Source: an uncultured Acidimicrobiia bacterium
Lineage (GTDB): Bacteria; Actinomycetota; Acidimicrobiia; Spongiisociales; Spongiisociaceae
Assembly: GCA_964516495.1 (NCBI GenBank)
Contig: CAZEZF010000001.1
Span: 10,041 to 74,040 of the forward strand
DNA length: 64,000 nt
Reading direction: 5' to 3'
The position numbers were made by a program, and so were the translations under genes. The notes beneath the pieces are model-generated. The model searched no databases. It saw nothing but the letters and a program-made list of their open reading frames with translations, and was not told the DNA's origin. Shown in pieces: positions 1 to 10,029 of the stretch (its first letter is position 1; each line of letters starts with the position of its first letter).

Positions 1-738
<738 letters not shown>

Positions 739-946
739 TCAACTCCGGACATAGCGGCGCCTGACACGATGATCCGATCAGTCCGACGACGCCGATTCAC
801 ATCTACAATCCCTTGCCTCTGAGACAGTCAGGTCCTCGGTCGGACATGGTTGAAACCCCGATGCCTCAAGGGTCGGCGACCGACCGGAGCTATCGGTGGT
901 TCAACCCGGCGCCTTGAGGAATGAGGTTATACCGGCTGCTCGTTTG

Positions 947-1684
947 TCAGCCTTCTCCGACTCCCGAGGCGCCGGCGCTGGGCGGGTCAAGGATCAGAGT
1001 CACGCGAGGATGTGCCTGAAGCACCGAGGCCGGTACGGAGTTGCTGATCGGTCCGTGCCGGGACTCGAACACGACATCGGCCTTGGCCGAACCGGAAGCG
1101 ATCACAACCAGATGTTCGGCTTGTAGGATCGTGCCGAGTCCCTGGGTCAAGGCATGATGCGGGACCTCATCGAGGCTGTTGAAGAATCGGGAGTTGTGCA
1201 TTCGCGTATCTGAGGTGAGACGCACGATCCTCGTGTGGGAATCGAATCCAGCGCCTGGTTCGTTGAAAGCGAGGTGGCCATTGCAACCGATGCCGAGGAC
1301 CTGGATTCCGATCCTTGCCTGGATAACGAGGCGCTCGTAGCGGACACATTCCCTGTCGAGGTCGATAGCGGAAACGTCGGGAACATGCACGCAAGCCGGG
1401 TCAATGTCGACATGTCCGGTCAGTTCGGAGCGGATGACATTACGGTACAGCTGCGGATGTTCAGGGTCGAGTCCTATGTATTCGTCCAGTAGGAAGGCTT
1501 GACACTCGGCGAACGAGAGCGACTCCTCCTTGTGACGCCGTACCAATTCCCGGTAGAGAAGTTGGACGGAACTCCCGGTTGCCAGCCCTAGCACGGGCGC
1601 CGGTGTGGAACGAAGATATGTATCAACGAGGTCGGCCGCTACCAGGGCTGAGGCCGCGGAGTTCCTGCCGACGACGACCTTCAT
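947..1684 (-). CDS. nagB: glucosamine-6-phosphate deaminase
   Basis: The 267-aa ORF contains the NagB/6-phosphogluconolactonase-fold motifs (LGLATGSS, GIGCNGHLAFNEPG). The likely start is the internal ATG at 1684 (MKVVVGRN...) rather than the ORF-track start at 1750. Confidence 0.8.
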   Translation of the reverse strand: MKVVVGRNSAASALVAADLVDTYLRSTPAPVLGLATGSSVQLLYRELVRRHKEESLSFAECQAFLLDEYIGLDPEHPQLYRNVIRSELTGHVDIDPACVHVPDVSAIDLDRECVRYERLVIQARIGIQVLGIGCNGHLAFNEPGAGFDSHTRIVRLTSDTRMHNSRFFNSLDEVPHHALTQGLGTILQAEHLVVIASGSAKADVVFESRHGPISNSVPASVLQAHPRVTLILDPPSAGASGVGEG

Positions 1685-1841
1685 CCCGTTTCTGCGGTTT
1701 GCTCGGTCCGGCGCCGACGACGGAGGGACGACCACCTGATAGCCGCCCACTCGTTATGCGTTACGGTTATCGGCGTCGGCATGTGGGTGGGTAGGGTCAC
1801 ACCGGATCGCACAGACGGTGTGAAGGTTCATCCCGGTCTTC

Positions 1842-2609
1842 TCATCTCGGCGTCTCCACGGTCTTGGCGCCGGTGATGAAGCCCACCAGATCCCCTTTGG
1901 TGACTTCTTCGACCTTTATCTCGGCGGTCTTCCTGCCGCGTCGAAGGACTACGGCGTCGTCGCACACCTCGGTCACCCGGTCCATGTTATGGGTGATGAG
2001 CAGGACCGCAACCCCGGAACTGCGTAATGTCCTGATCAGGTCGAGCACCCGCTCGGCCTGCTCCACTCCCAGCGCGGCGGCCGGTTCATCCAGCAGTACG
2101 ATCTGTTGGCCCCAGGACACGGCCCTGCCGATGGCGATGGCTTGGCGCTGTCCACCCGAAAGCAACCTGACCCGCCTCCGTAGCGACGGGATGTCGATAT
2201 CGAGATGAGAGAGGGCTGTCCGGCATTCGGACTCCATCTTCGTCTTGTTGAGTATCCCGAGTCTTGCTCCTAGCCGACCTCCCCGGGTGGGTTCCCGGTT
2301 GAGAAAGAGGTTTTCGATCACGCTGAGCGTGTCGATGAGTGAGAGGTTCTGATGAACCGTTTCGATTCCGAGTGAGCGGGCTACATCCGGTGAAGGTATC
2401 CGGCGCACCACCCCGTCGATACTGATCGTTCCGGAGTCCGGTTGGTGTATACCGGCGATGCACTTGACCAGGGTGGACTTACCGGCCCCGTTGTCACCCA
2501 GAAGGGCGGTCACTCTTCCTCGGTGGATACTCATGGAGACTCCGTCGAGAGCCTGAACCGCCCGGAAGGCTTTGGAAAGGTTCTTGACCTCGAGCGCCGG
2601 AACGCTCAT
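1842..2609 (-). CDS. sugar ABC transporter ATP-binding protein (single nucleotide-binding domain)
   Basis: Walker A GDNGAGKST, ABC signature LSGGQRQ, Walker B VLLDEP. It overlaps the upstream gene by 4 nt, so it is in an operon. Confidence 0.85.
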   Translation of the reverse strand: MSVPALEVKNLSKAFRAVQALDGVSMSIHRGRVTALLGDNGAGKSTLVKCIAGIHQPDSGTISIDGVVRRIPSPDVARSLGIETVHQNLSLIDTLSVIENLFLNREPTRGGRLGARLGILNKTKMESECRTALSHLDIDIPSLRRRVRLLSGGQRQAIAIGRAVSWGQQIVLLDEPAAALGVEQAERVLDLIRTLRSSGVAVLLITHNMDRVTEVCDDAVVLRRGRKTAEIKVEEVTKGDLVGFITGAKTVETPR

Positions 2610-3811
2610 CCCCTGAACCTGCGCGCCGGCTCACCCAAGACGTTCCATATTCCGGCGATAGCAGGGTTATCGGTTGCCGCCCCGTCTATTCCTACCACCG
2701 TGGCCCGCGTCACGAAAGCCTGAACGCGGAACGCGCATATGACGGAATCGCCTTCCTGCACCGACCGACCGGCCGGAGGATGCAGTCTTGCGTAATAGTC
2801 GATTCCGGAAGGACTGGGAAGCTCCAGCGGTACTGTTTCGGAGGACACGTCCTCCGGGCCGGACGACAGCAATGCCTGTGCCTGGTAAGGGTCGAAGACG
2901 GGGTCCACATAGAAGCCGCCTCCGAAGCAGAGGGGAACGCCCTGATGGATGTGGGCGATCTCCGTCAGGTAGAGCACGGCAGGCTTTTCCGGAAGTTCCT
3001 CTACCGCGTGCAGCGGTGTGGTGCCGGTCAGGCCGTGACCGGGCTCGACCTGGGTGGCGCCCGCGTCTGCGAGGAGCTTCAGGACCGCGGTGGATGTGGT
3101 TCCGGGTGCGTTGACCTCGATTCGGGCGCCGGGGCTGAGAACCGCGGTGGCTACCTCCACGCCTCGGGCGAGGGTTGCGGCGTTAGGGGTTGTGGCGGTC
3201 GTCTTGGTGGCGGGATCGTACAGGAGCGCCGGAAAGGTAGTAAGTCCGGCGAAGCGCAAGCCGTCGAGGCCGTTGACGAACTCGATCGCGGCAGGCAGTT
3301 CCTCCAGACCGAAGCCTCCCTCATGGCCCGGATAGAACACGTCGCCCTCATCCCAGATCCGTAACAGAACCTGCTGGGTTCGCCCAAGTCGCGCTACCGC
3401 GCGCGACGCTGCGATCGCCTTGGACCGGGAGAAGATCGTCCAGTACTCGGGAGCAAGCCGCGCCGCCTCGGCCGTTTCCGCGCGAGCGATCTGGACAAGG
3501 TGGCCTAGGTTACCCAGCCTGTGCCCTCCCTCAACAATCGGCCGCGCACAGTCCATATCTACTGCCACATACCCATCGACGCCGCCTGCTGTGATAGCGT
3601 CGAGGGCGCCGCCCGCTCGTCCGAGTTGCTTGGTCATTGCGTACACCTTCAAACCCAACCGGTGCGCCTCCGAGGTAAGGATGCGGGTGTTCGACTCCAG
3701 GGCGTCGAGGTCGATGACATATGAGTTCGGGGGTATGCACCCCTCCTGGTGCAGCCGGATGGTCGCCTCGACGAAGGGCCGGTTCCGCTTGACCAGTGAA
3801 CTAAGGAACAT
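2606..3811 (-). CDS. PLP-dependent alanine-racemase-like TIM-barrel protein (YhfX-like putative amino-acid racemase)
   Basis: 401 aa. The N-terminal alanine racemase-like fold pattern (VIDLDALESN...KVYAMTKQ) is visible. The family assignment comes from sequence recognition only. Confidence 0.5.
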   Translation of the reverse strand: MFLSSLVKRNRPFVEATIRLHQEGCIPPNSYVIDLDALESNTRILTSEAHRLGLKVYAMTKQLGRAGGALDAITAGGVDGYVAVDMDCARPIVEGGHRLGNLGHLVQIARAETAEAARLAPEYWTIFSRSKAIAASRAVARLGRTQQVLLRIWDEGDVFYPGHEGGFGLEELPAAIEFVNGLDGLRFAGLTTFPALLYDPATKTTATTPNAATLARGVEVATAVLSPGARIEVNAPGTTSTAVLKLLADAGATQVEPGHGLTGTTPLHAVEELPEKPAVLYLTEIAHIHQGVPLCFGGGFYVDPVFDPYQAQALLSSGPEDVSSETVPLELPSPSGIDYYARLHPPAGRSVQEGDSVICAFRVQAFVTRATVVGIDGAATDNPAIAGIWNVLGEPARRFRG

Positions 3812-3817
3812 GGTTGC

Positions 3818-4819
3818 TCAACTTTCGCTCGGAGCTCGCATACTGAGCGCAACCGCCACGATGATGATCAATCCACGGGCGATCAGTTGGTCGGCCACCT
3901 CCAACCCCATGAGGATCAGACCGTTGTTGAGCATGGCCATGATCACCGCGCCGGTTACCGCGCCGGTGATGGAGGCCCGGCCTCCGAACAGGCTTGTCCC
4001 GCCGATTACCACCGCCGCGATTACGGTCAGTAGATCGTTCTCCCCCAGATCGTGCCGACCGATCGCCAACCTGCCCGCCAGGAGGACTCCGGCGAAAGCA
4101 GCGGCCGTGGCGCTGAGTACGAGGGCGCCTACTCGGATACGGTCGGTGTTGAGGCCGACCGCGTTGGCTGCCGATCGGTCGGTTCCCGTGGCTAGTACAT
4201 GTCGTCCCCATCGCAAATGGTGAAGGGCGAAGTGACCGAGCCCGAAGGCGATGAGGGTCCAGATCACCAGGGACGAGATCGGACCTACGGACCCGGCCCC
4301 GAACAAGGCCGAGAACGTGTCGTCCCTTATCGGTAACGACTGGAGATTATTCATGTTGCGGGCGATCCCGCTGATGATCCCCAGCGTTCCCAGCGTGACC
4401 AGGAAGGACGGTATGCGTATCTTGACCGTGATAAGACCGTTTACCAAGCCGATAAGAAGTCCTGTACCGACTGCGGCCAACGTACCGGGGAGCCAGCCGT
4501 AGGCGCCGACGACCGTAGCTGCGACCAAGGAAGATAAGGCCACTGTCGAACCCACCGACAGGTCGATCTCCGCCGAAGCCAGCGCGAACGCCATCCCGAC
4601 CGCCATGACGGCGATGGGCGCCGCTTGGCGGCCGATGTTCAGCAGGTTGGACCAACGGAGAAACCCGTCATCCCACAGCACGATGGCGAAGGCGGCCAGG
4701 ATCGATACGAAGGCAAGGTATACGACGTACTGGCGAAAGCCTTCGCTATCATCCCGGGCGGCCCGACGGGACACAACCCGACGGGCTAGCCCGCCTACCG
4801 TGCTTCGGACCGCCTTCAC
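3818..4819 (-). CDS. sugar ABC transporter permease (RbsC/AraH-like, about 9 TM segments)
   Basis: 333 aa, hydrophobic throughout, with the typical branched-chain/ribose-type permease motifs. It sits between the substrate-binding protein and ATPase genes. Confidence 0.8.
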   Translation of the reverse strand: MKAVRSTVGGLARRVVSRRAARDDSEGFRQYVVYLAFVSILAAFAIVLWDDGFLRWSNLLNIGRQAAPIAVMAVGMAFALASAEIDLSVGSTVALSSLVAATVVGAYGWLPGTLAAVGTGLLIGLVNGLITVKIRIPSFLVTLGTLGIISGIARNMNNLQSLPIRDDTFSALFGAGSVGPISSLVIWTLIAFGLGHFALHHLRWGRHVLATGTDRSAANAVGLNTDRIRVGALVLSATAAAFAGVLLAGRLAIGRHDLGENDLLTVIAAVVIGGTSLFGGRASITGAVTGAVIMAMLNNGLILMGLEVADQLIARGLIIIVAVALSMRAPSES

Positions 4820-4871
4820 TCCTCGGAGTTCCTTGGTAACTCTATTGCCGGCTACAGCTTCCTCCTACAGC

Positions 4872-7067
4872 TTATCCTCCTAGGGCTTGCATGATTTGGG
4901 GTGGTGGGTTGGTTGCGAGTGATTGTTGGTAGGCGTCGATGATGTTGTCGGCGGTTACTTTGATGGCGGGTACGACGGTGAAGGGTGGGGCGGGTTTACC
5001 GATGAGGCCGTAGGCGCCTTCGAGGGCCATGGTGCGGCCTAGGGCGTAGGCTTCATCGGCGGCTATTCCGACGATGTTGCCGCCTTCTACCAGGTCGAGC
5101 GAGACGTTGGTGTCCAGGTCGAGGGTGACGACGGCTACGTCGGTTGCTCCCGCGGCGCGTAGTGCGGCTAGCACTCCGTCGGCGGGACCGGCCGACCAGG
5201 GGGCGTAGATACCGTCGAGGTCGGGGTTTCTGGTCAGCAGCGAGGAGGCGATCTGCTCGGCGGCGGCGGGATCGGCCAGGCCTTGTTCGTCGACGATTTC
5301 GATGTCGGGATAGGCGGCTTGGATCCAGGCTTTGAAGGCCTGGTCTCTTTGGTTGGTGACATAGTATGCGGCGTCGTGGTAGATGAAACCTACTTTGCCT
5401 TGACCGTCTAGGGCGTCTGCCAGCAGGTCGGCTGCTGCGATGCCCATGGCTGCGAGGTCGTCGGTGACGATGCCTACGTAGTCGGTTCCTTGGATGTATC
5501 CCTCCGGGACGTTGCTGAGGAACACCAGCTGCACCCCGGCTTCTACCGCGGGGCGGAATGCTTCGGCGCCGGAAACGGGGTCGAGGACCAGGCTGATGAT
5601 TATGTCGGGGTTCTGGGCCATGACGGTTTCGACGTCGTTGGCTTGTTGCGCCGCGTCGAATTGGGCGTTGGTTTCGGCGATAACCTCGATACCCAGCTCG
5701 GCGAAAGCGTCTCTGGCGCCTTGGCTTACCGCGTCGGTGAACGCCCCGGCGGTGTGCCAGAGCAGGGCGGCCGTGTGATTACCCGACTGCACCCGAGCAA
5801 TCTCGTCGCCGGTCAGGGTGATCTCACCCGACGGGGTGGCCGACTCACCCCCCGGACCCCGAGTCACCGGGGCCGCCGGCGATTCTCCTAGGGCTTGCAT
5901 GATTTGGGGTGGTGGGTTGGTTGCGAGTGATTGTTGGTAGGCGTCGATGATGTTGTCGGCGGTTACTTTGATGGCGGGTACGACGGTGAAGGGTGGGGCG
6001 GGTTTACCGATGAGGCCGTAGGCGCCTTCGAGGGCCATGGTGCGGCCTAGGGCGTAGGCTTCATCGGCGGCTATTCCGACGATGTTGCCGCCTTCTACCA
6101 GGTCGAGCGAGACGTTGGTGTCCAGGTCGAGGGTGACGACGGCTACGTCGGTTGCTCCCGCGGCGCGTAGTGCGGCTAGCACTCCGTCGGCGGGACCGGC
6201 CGACCAGGGGGCGTAGATACCGTCGAGGTCGGGGTTTCTGGTCAGCAGCGAGGAGGCGATCTGCTCGGCGGCGGCGGGATCGGCCAGGCCTTGTTCGTCG
6301 ACGATTTCGATGTCGGGATAGGCGGCTTGGATCCAGGCTTTGAAGGCCTGGTCTCTTTGGTTGGTGACATAGTATGCGGCGTCGTGGTAGATGAAACCTA
6401 CTTTGCCTTGACCGTCTAGGGCGTCTGCCAGCAGGTCGGCTGCTGCGATGCCCATGGCTGCGAGGTCGTCGGTGACGATGCCTACGTAGTCGGTTCCTTG
6501 GATGTATCCCTCCGGGACGTTGCTGAGGAACACCAGCTGCACCCCGGCTTCTACCGCGGGGCGGAATGCTTCGGCGCCGGAAACGGGGTCGAGGACCAGG
6601 CTGATGATTATGTCGGGGTTCTGGGCCATGACGGTTTCGACGTCGTTGGCTTGTTGCGCCGCGTCGAATTGGGCGTTGGTTTCGGCGATAACCTCGATAC
6701 CCAGCTCGGCGAAAGCGTCTCTGGCGCCTTGGCTTACCGCGTCGGTGAACGCCCCGGCGGTGTGCCAGAGCAGGGCGGCCGTGTGATTACCCGACTGCAC
6801 CCGAGCAATCTCGTCGCCGGTCAGGGTGATCTCACCCGACGGGGTGGCCGACTCACCCCCCGGACCCCGAGTCACCGGGGCCGCCGGCGCCTCCGGCTCG
6901 TCAGTTTCAGACATCTCGGTCGTCGTCGCTTGGGTCGTGGCGGCGGCCCGGGTTGTGGTGGTTTCCTCGACCGCTTCTTCGCCGTCGCAGGCGACGGCGA
7001 TCAGGCCGAGAGTCACCATGAGCGCGACCAGAAACGGCCGCTTGGGTGTCCTTGCCCTTGTTTTCAT
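4872..7067 (-). CDS. sugar ABC transporter substrate-binding lipoprotein (PBP type 1) carrying an internal 336-codon perfect tandem duplication
   Basis: Probable start MKTRARTPKRPFLVALMVTLGLIAVACDGEE (lipoprotein signal) at 7067. A Thr-rich linker follows, then two identical copies of a 336-aa periplasmic-binding-domain segment. The ORF is 753 aa as written. A normal substrate-binding protein is about 380 aa. Confidence 0.7.
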   Translation of the reverse strand: MKTRARTPKRPFLVALMVTLGLIAVACDGEEAVEETTTTRAAATTQATTTEMSETDEPEAPAAPVTRGPGGESATPSGEITLTGDEIARVQSGNHTAALLWHTAGAFTDAVSQGARDAFAELGIEVIAETNAQFDAAQQANDVETVMAQNPDIIISLVLDPVSGAEAFRPAVEAGVQLVFLSNVPEGYIQGTDYVGIVTDDLAAMGIAAADLLADALDGQGKVGFIYHDAAYYVTNQRDQAFKAWIQAAYPDIEIVDEQGLADPAAAEQIASSLLTRNPDLDGIYAPWSAGPADGVLAALRAAGATDVAVVTLDLDTNVSLDLVEGGNIVGIAADEAYALGRTMALEGAYGLIGKPAPPFTVVPAIKVTADNIIDAYQQSLATNPPPQIMQALGESPAAPVTRGPGGESATPSGEITLTGDEIARVQSGNHTAALLWHTAGAFTDAVSQGARDAFAELGIEVIAETNAQFDAAQQANDVETVMAQNPDIIISLVLDPVSGAEAFRPAVEAGVQLVFLSNVPEGYIQGTDYVGIVTDDLAAMGIAAADLLADALDGQGKVGFIYHDAAYYVTNQRDQAFKAWIQAAYPDIEIVDEQGLADPAAAEQIASSLLTRNPDLDGIYAPWSAGPADGVLAALRAAGATDVAVVTLDLDTNVSLDLVEGGNIVGIAADEAYALGRTMALEGAYGLIGKPAPPFTVVPAIKVTADNIIDAYQQSLATNPPPQIMQALGG
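4877..5884. repeat. tandem direct repeat unit 1 (1008 bp, 100% identical to unit 2)
   Basis: Sequence 4877-5884 equals 5885-6892 by direct reading, and identity was confirmed through 6889. The ORF-track pairs 5144/6152 and 5490/6498 are identical. The period is 1008 bp, which is 336 codons. Confidence 0.95.
5885..6892. repeat. tandem direct repeat unit 2 (1008 bp)
   Basis: See unit 1. The copies diverge at 6890 (c versus a at 5882). Junction microhomology is ctcctag. Confidence 0.95.
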
Positions 7068-7099
7068 TGTGTTCCTCTTGGTCATCGTTCCTCCCTTGG

Positions 7100-8356
7100 T
7101 CATCCTTTTCCGGCTTCCTCCACCCCGCACCACGAAGCCACGAAATGGGCCAGGCTGCGAGTGACGGAGACCAACTCCTCGATGGGAAGTCTCTCGAAAG
7201 GGGTGTGACAGGTCGCTATATCTCCTGCGGCGAAATACACGCCGGGTATACCCGCTGCACGGAGAAGTGGTTTCTCGGACCAGTAGGGAGCTCCTTCGAT
7301 CCGGGCTCGCCTGCCGGTCGTCCGTTTGATCGATTCCATCAATCGGGAAACGCCGGGGTGATCCGGCGATACCTCATCGGGCGTTCCTCCTACACAGTGA
7401 TCGCGCGGCGCTGTGAAGGCCACATCAGCGATCACGCCGCACTGCTCGGACACCTCTTCTACGATGCGTCTCAGTAGGTCGGCTTTGAGGTCGAGGTCAT
7501 CACCGGGTAGCAGCTTCTCGATGAGCGATAGCCGGAAGTTACCCGGAACAGCAATACTGCCTCCCGCGTCGACGCCGGTGACGAGCAGGAAACGGTGTCC
7601 GAGTAGTTCGTGTGGTGAACCGGCCCGCAGTGTCTCGTCGTGGCGCCAGAGTTCGCTTAACAGGCGGTGGCCCGCCCGTAGGGCGTCTATCCCCTGCTCC
7701 GGGGTTCCGAAGTAAGCCGACTTTCCCGATAGGGTTACATCGGCGATCAGAAATCCCATCTGCGCCGTGTAGATCGCTCCGGTGGTAGGTTCGGTGTAGA
7801 TTGCGAAATCGGGAACCCGCTCCGGGTCCGGGAATAGCCGGGAGACGGCGGCCCTCATTCCTATGGAAAGGCCACTATCCGGTTGTCCGGACTCCTCATC
7901 ACATACGAAGACTCCCGTCAGTGGTCCGGCCAATCGATAACCGGCTCTATCTACGGCGCGTACCGACTCGATTATTGAACAGATTCCGGCTTTCTGGTCG
8001 GTGACCCCCCGGGCCCGGATCACGCCCTCTGATACGTGTCCGACAAAGGGATCGGCCCGATCAGACCCCTTCCACTCGCGGATCCAGTCGTCCGCATGTA
8101 CAGTGTCCAGATGACCTGCGAGCACCAATGAAGGTCCGGTGGCGCCTCCGGTCTCTGCGTACACGTTAGGACGTCCGGGTTCCACCTCCTCCATTCGAGT
8201 CCTGTTCCAAGCCCCCTTCGCCAATTGTCGGCTTACCCATTCGGCGAAAGCCGTCTCTTGGAGGGTGATGCTGGGAATGCGAACCGCATCAAGGACCAAC
8301 CCGACCAGCTCTTTCTGATCCACCGCCTCGGCTACCCGGTCCGCCGCGGTCTTCAC
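7100..8356 (-). CDS. M20 family metallopeptidase (ArgE/DapE/carboxypeptidase-like)
   Basis: 418 aa with the M20 catalytic and dimerisation-domain pattern (HLDTVHADDW, GVTDQKAG). It overlaps the ROK gene by 4 nt. Confidence 0.75.
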   Translation of the reverse strand: MKTAADRVAEAVDQKELVGLVLDAVRIPSITLQETAFAEWVSRQLAKGAWNRTRMEEVEPGRPNVYAETGGATGPSLVLAGHLDTVHADDWIREWKGSDRADPFVGHVSEGVIRARGVTDQKAGICSIIESVRAVDRAGYRLAGPLTGVFVCDEESGQPDSGLSIGMRAAVSRLFPDPERVPDFAIYTEPTTGAIYTAQMGFLIADVTLSGKSAYFGTPEQGIDALRAGHRLLSELWRHDETLRAGSPHELLGHRFLLVTGVDAGGSIAVPGNFRLSLIEKLLPGDDLDLKADLLRRIVEEVSEQCGVIADVAFTAPRDHCVGGTPDEVSPDHPGVSRLMESIKRTTGRRARIEGAPYWSEKPLLRAAGIPGVYFAAGDIATCHTPFERLPIEELVSVTRSLAHFVASWCGVEEAGKG

Positions 8357-9558
8357 GGACTGTTCCTCCTGTTGAGTATTCCTTGTACGAAGGTCGTGGT
8401 AACCGAGGATCGGGCGGTTGACACCGCGCCCAGGAAAGCGGCCCGGTTCCCGAGTTCGGACGGCGCCAGTTCGGGGGTTGTGTCGAGGTAGCGGCCTAGT
8501 CTCGTTCTGACCGCGTCAACGAATATCGGGTTGGCGCCCACCCCTCCCCCGAAGACGATGCGGGCTGGATCGTTGATCCAGCAGAGAGAGGCGACCGCCG
8601 AGGACATTGCCCCGGCGGCGACTCCGAGCGTCTCGGAAGCGGCGTCGTCCCCTTGCGACGCGGCTAGGAGGAGTTCCGAGACGTCAGCGTCGCCGTCGAG
8701 GCATGATCGTCGGCCGTTTGCCAGCGATTGCTTGAAGCGTCTGTGGATGGCCGGCGCGGATGCCAGGTCCTCGAGTGTGAGGGGCGCCGCCCCTTCCTGA
8801 GGAGGTTCGGCGATGATGACCGACCCGAGTTCTCCGGCGGCGCCGTGTCCCCCACGGTACAGGCGCCCGTCTACAACCAACCCGGCGCCTATTCCCGTAC
8901 CGACCGATATAGCTACAAAGTTCTGGCTCTCGCGGTCGTCCATAGCCTCGGCTTCCGCTACCGCTGCCAGGTTCACGTCGTTTTCGATGGTGATCGGGAT
9001 ACCGAGGCGTTTCGCTAACTCCGCCTGTATGGGAATATCCCCGAATCCGGGCAGATTGGGCGACATATCGACCCGATCGGCAACTGGTCGGTAGACACCC
9101 GGGACACCAACACATCCCGATTCGAGGAGGTGACCCTTGTTTCCCATCTGATCGAGAAGTCTGATAGTGGTCTCCACCAGGCTGTCAACGGCGCTACGGG
9201 CGTTGGGAGGGGTTCGCAGACGTTCCTCCGCGAGGACCGTGCCGACAAGATCGGCAATGCCCACGATGACCTTGGTGGCGCCTAGGTCCACACCGACCAC
9301 CAGCGCGGCGTCGGGGACCAGGACGTACGGCAGCGCCGGCCGACCGATCCTCCTCTGCGAGCGTTCCGGGGATATAAGGCTGACCACGCCGGCGTCTTCG
9401 AGGTCGGACACCAGGGCCGACACGGTGGGCTTTGAAAGGCCGGTCCGGCGAGCGACCGTGGCTCGCGAGATCGGATAGGGGGCGGCTTCGATGAACTCTT
9501 CGAATACGGCTTGGCCGTTACGTAGGCGGAGAGCCCAGGAGCCGGAACCGTCGATCAT
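8353..9558 (-). CDS. ROK family transcriptional regulator (NagC/Mlc-like: N-terminal HTH plus sugar-kinase fold)
   Basis: HTH ISRATVARRTGLSKPTVSALVSDLE, then the ROK glycine-rich motifs VGVDLGATK and GTGIGAGLV. The start is either ATG 9558 (MIDGSGS) or ATG 9591. Confidence 0.75.
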   Translation of the reverse strand: MIDGSGSWALRLRNGQAVFEEFIEAAPYPISRATVARRTGLSKPTVSALVSDLEDAGVVSLISPERSQRRIGRPALPYVLVPDAALVVGVDLGATKVIVGIADLVGTVLAEERLRTPPNARSAVDSLVETTIRLLDQMGNKGHLLESGCVGVPGVYRPVADRVDMSPNLPGFGDIPIQAELAKRLGIPITIENDVNLAAVAEAEAMDDRESQNFVAISVGTGIGAGLVVDGRLYRGGHGAAGELGSVIIAEPPQEGAAPLTLEDLASAPAIHRRFKQSLANGRRSCLDGDADVSELLLAASQGDDAASETLGVAAGAMSSAVASLCWINDPARIVFGGGVGANPIFVDAVRTRLGRYLDTTPELAPSELGNRAAFLGAVSTARSSVTTTFVQGILNRRNSP

Positions 9559-9697
9559 GGGAAGGGCCCGAGACGGGTGGCTATACGGCATGCCGATTGA
9601 AGGGACACCACTAATCGAGGAGTCGATTCATGACGGAGCGTACCGACTCGCTGCGATCGTCGACGGTCGCCATATCGGTCATACAGGTGATCCGGAT

Positions 9698-9721
9698 GAT
9701 CTATACGAGGATCTATACGAG
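9698..9721. repeat. perfect tandem direct repeat 2 x 12 bp (gatctatacgag)
   Basis: Read directly. It lies in a low-GC intergenic region 107-140 bp upstream of the ROK regulator start. Confidence 0.9.
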
Positions 9722-9770
9722 ATGGCCTGGTGTCTGTTTCCAGTTCGGACTCCAAAGACTCGGGAGATAT

Positions 9771-9800
9771 AACCCTCGGGATTACAACCCTCGGGATTAC
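9771..9800. repeat. perfect tandem direct repeat 2 x 15 bp (aaccctcgggattac)
   Basis: Read directly, same low-GC region. Confidence 0.9.
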
Positions 9801-9881
9801 ATTGTGGCCGTGACCATTTAGTTCGTCAAGCTGTTTAACTAAAAAAATCTTAGAGTGACCTCCTGATATCGCGCATGGTTG

Positions 9882-10029
9882 CTCAGCCCCGATTTTTTAT
9901 GCAGGGGTTTGAATGGGTAACCGAGAGAGATGCAAAGAACTCTCTGACCTGGGCGGATAGCCGCTTGGTGGGCTTGGCGCGGCCTTTTAGGGTTCGGTGT
10001 GTCCGGGCATGAAGAAGAATCAGGGCTAG
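9882..10029 (+). repeat. interspersed repeat family copy A (short variant lacking most of the central segment)
   Basis: 5' ctcagccccgattttttatGCAGGGGTTTGAATGGGTAACCGAGAGAG... 3' ...cttggcgcGGCCTTTTaGGGTTCGGTGTGTCcGGGCATGAAGAAGAATCAGGGCTAG. It aligns with the copies at 24201, 41536, 42991, 48764 and 56752. Confidence 0.85.

Noticed and set aside
4877-6892. Considered the 1008-bp tandem repeat as an IS element or transposon copy pair
   Set aside because: There is no transposase ORF and no TIRs. The unit is in-frame coding sequence of the substrate-binding-protein gene, so it is a segmental tandem duplication or an assembly artefact.
5490-7208. Duplicated plus-strand ORFs (5490-5891 = 6498-7208 N-terminal part; 5144-5335 = 6152-6343)
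   Set aside because: These are antisense shadows inside the substrate-binding-protein gene. They appear twice only because of the 1008-bp tandem duplication.
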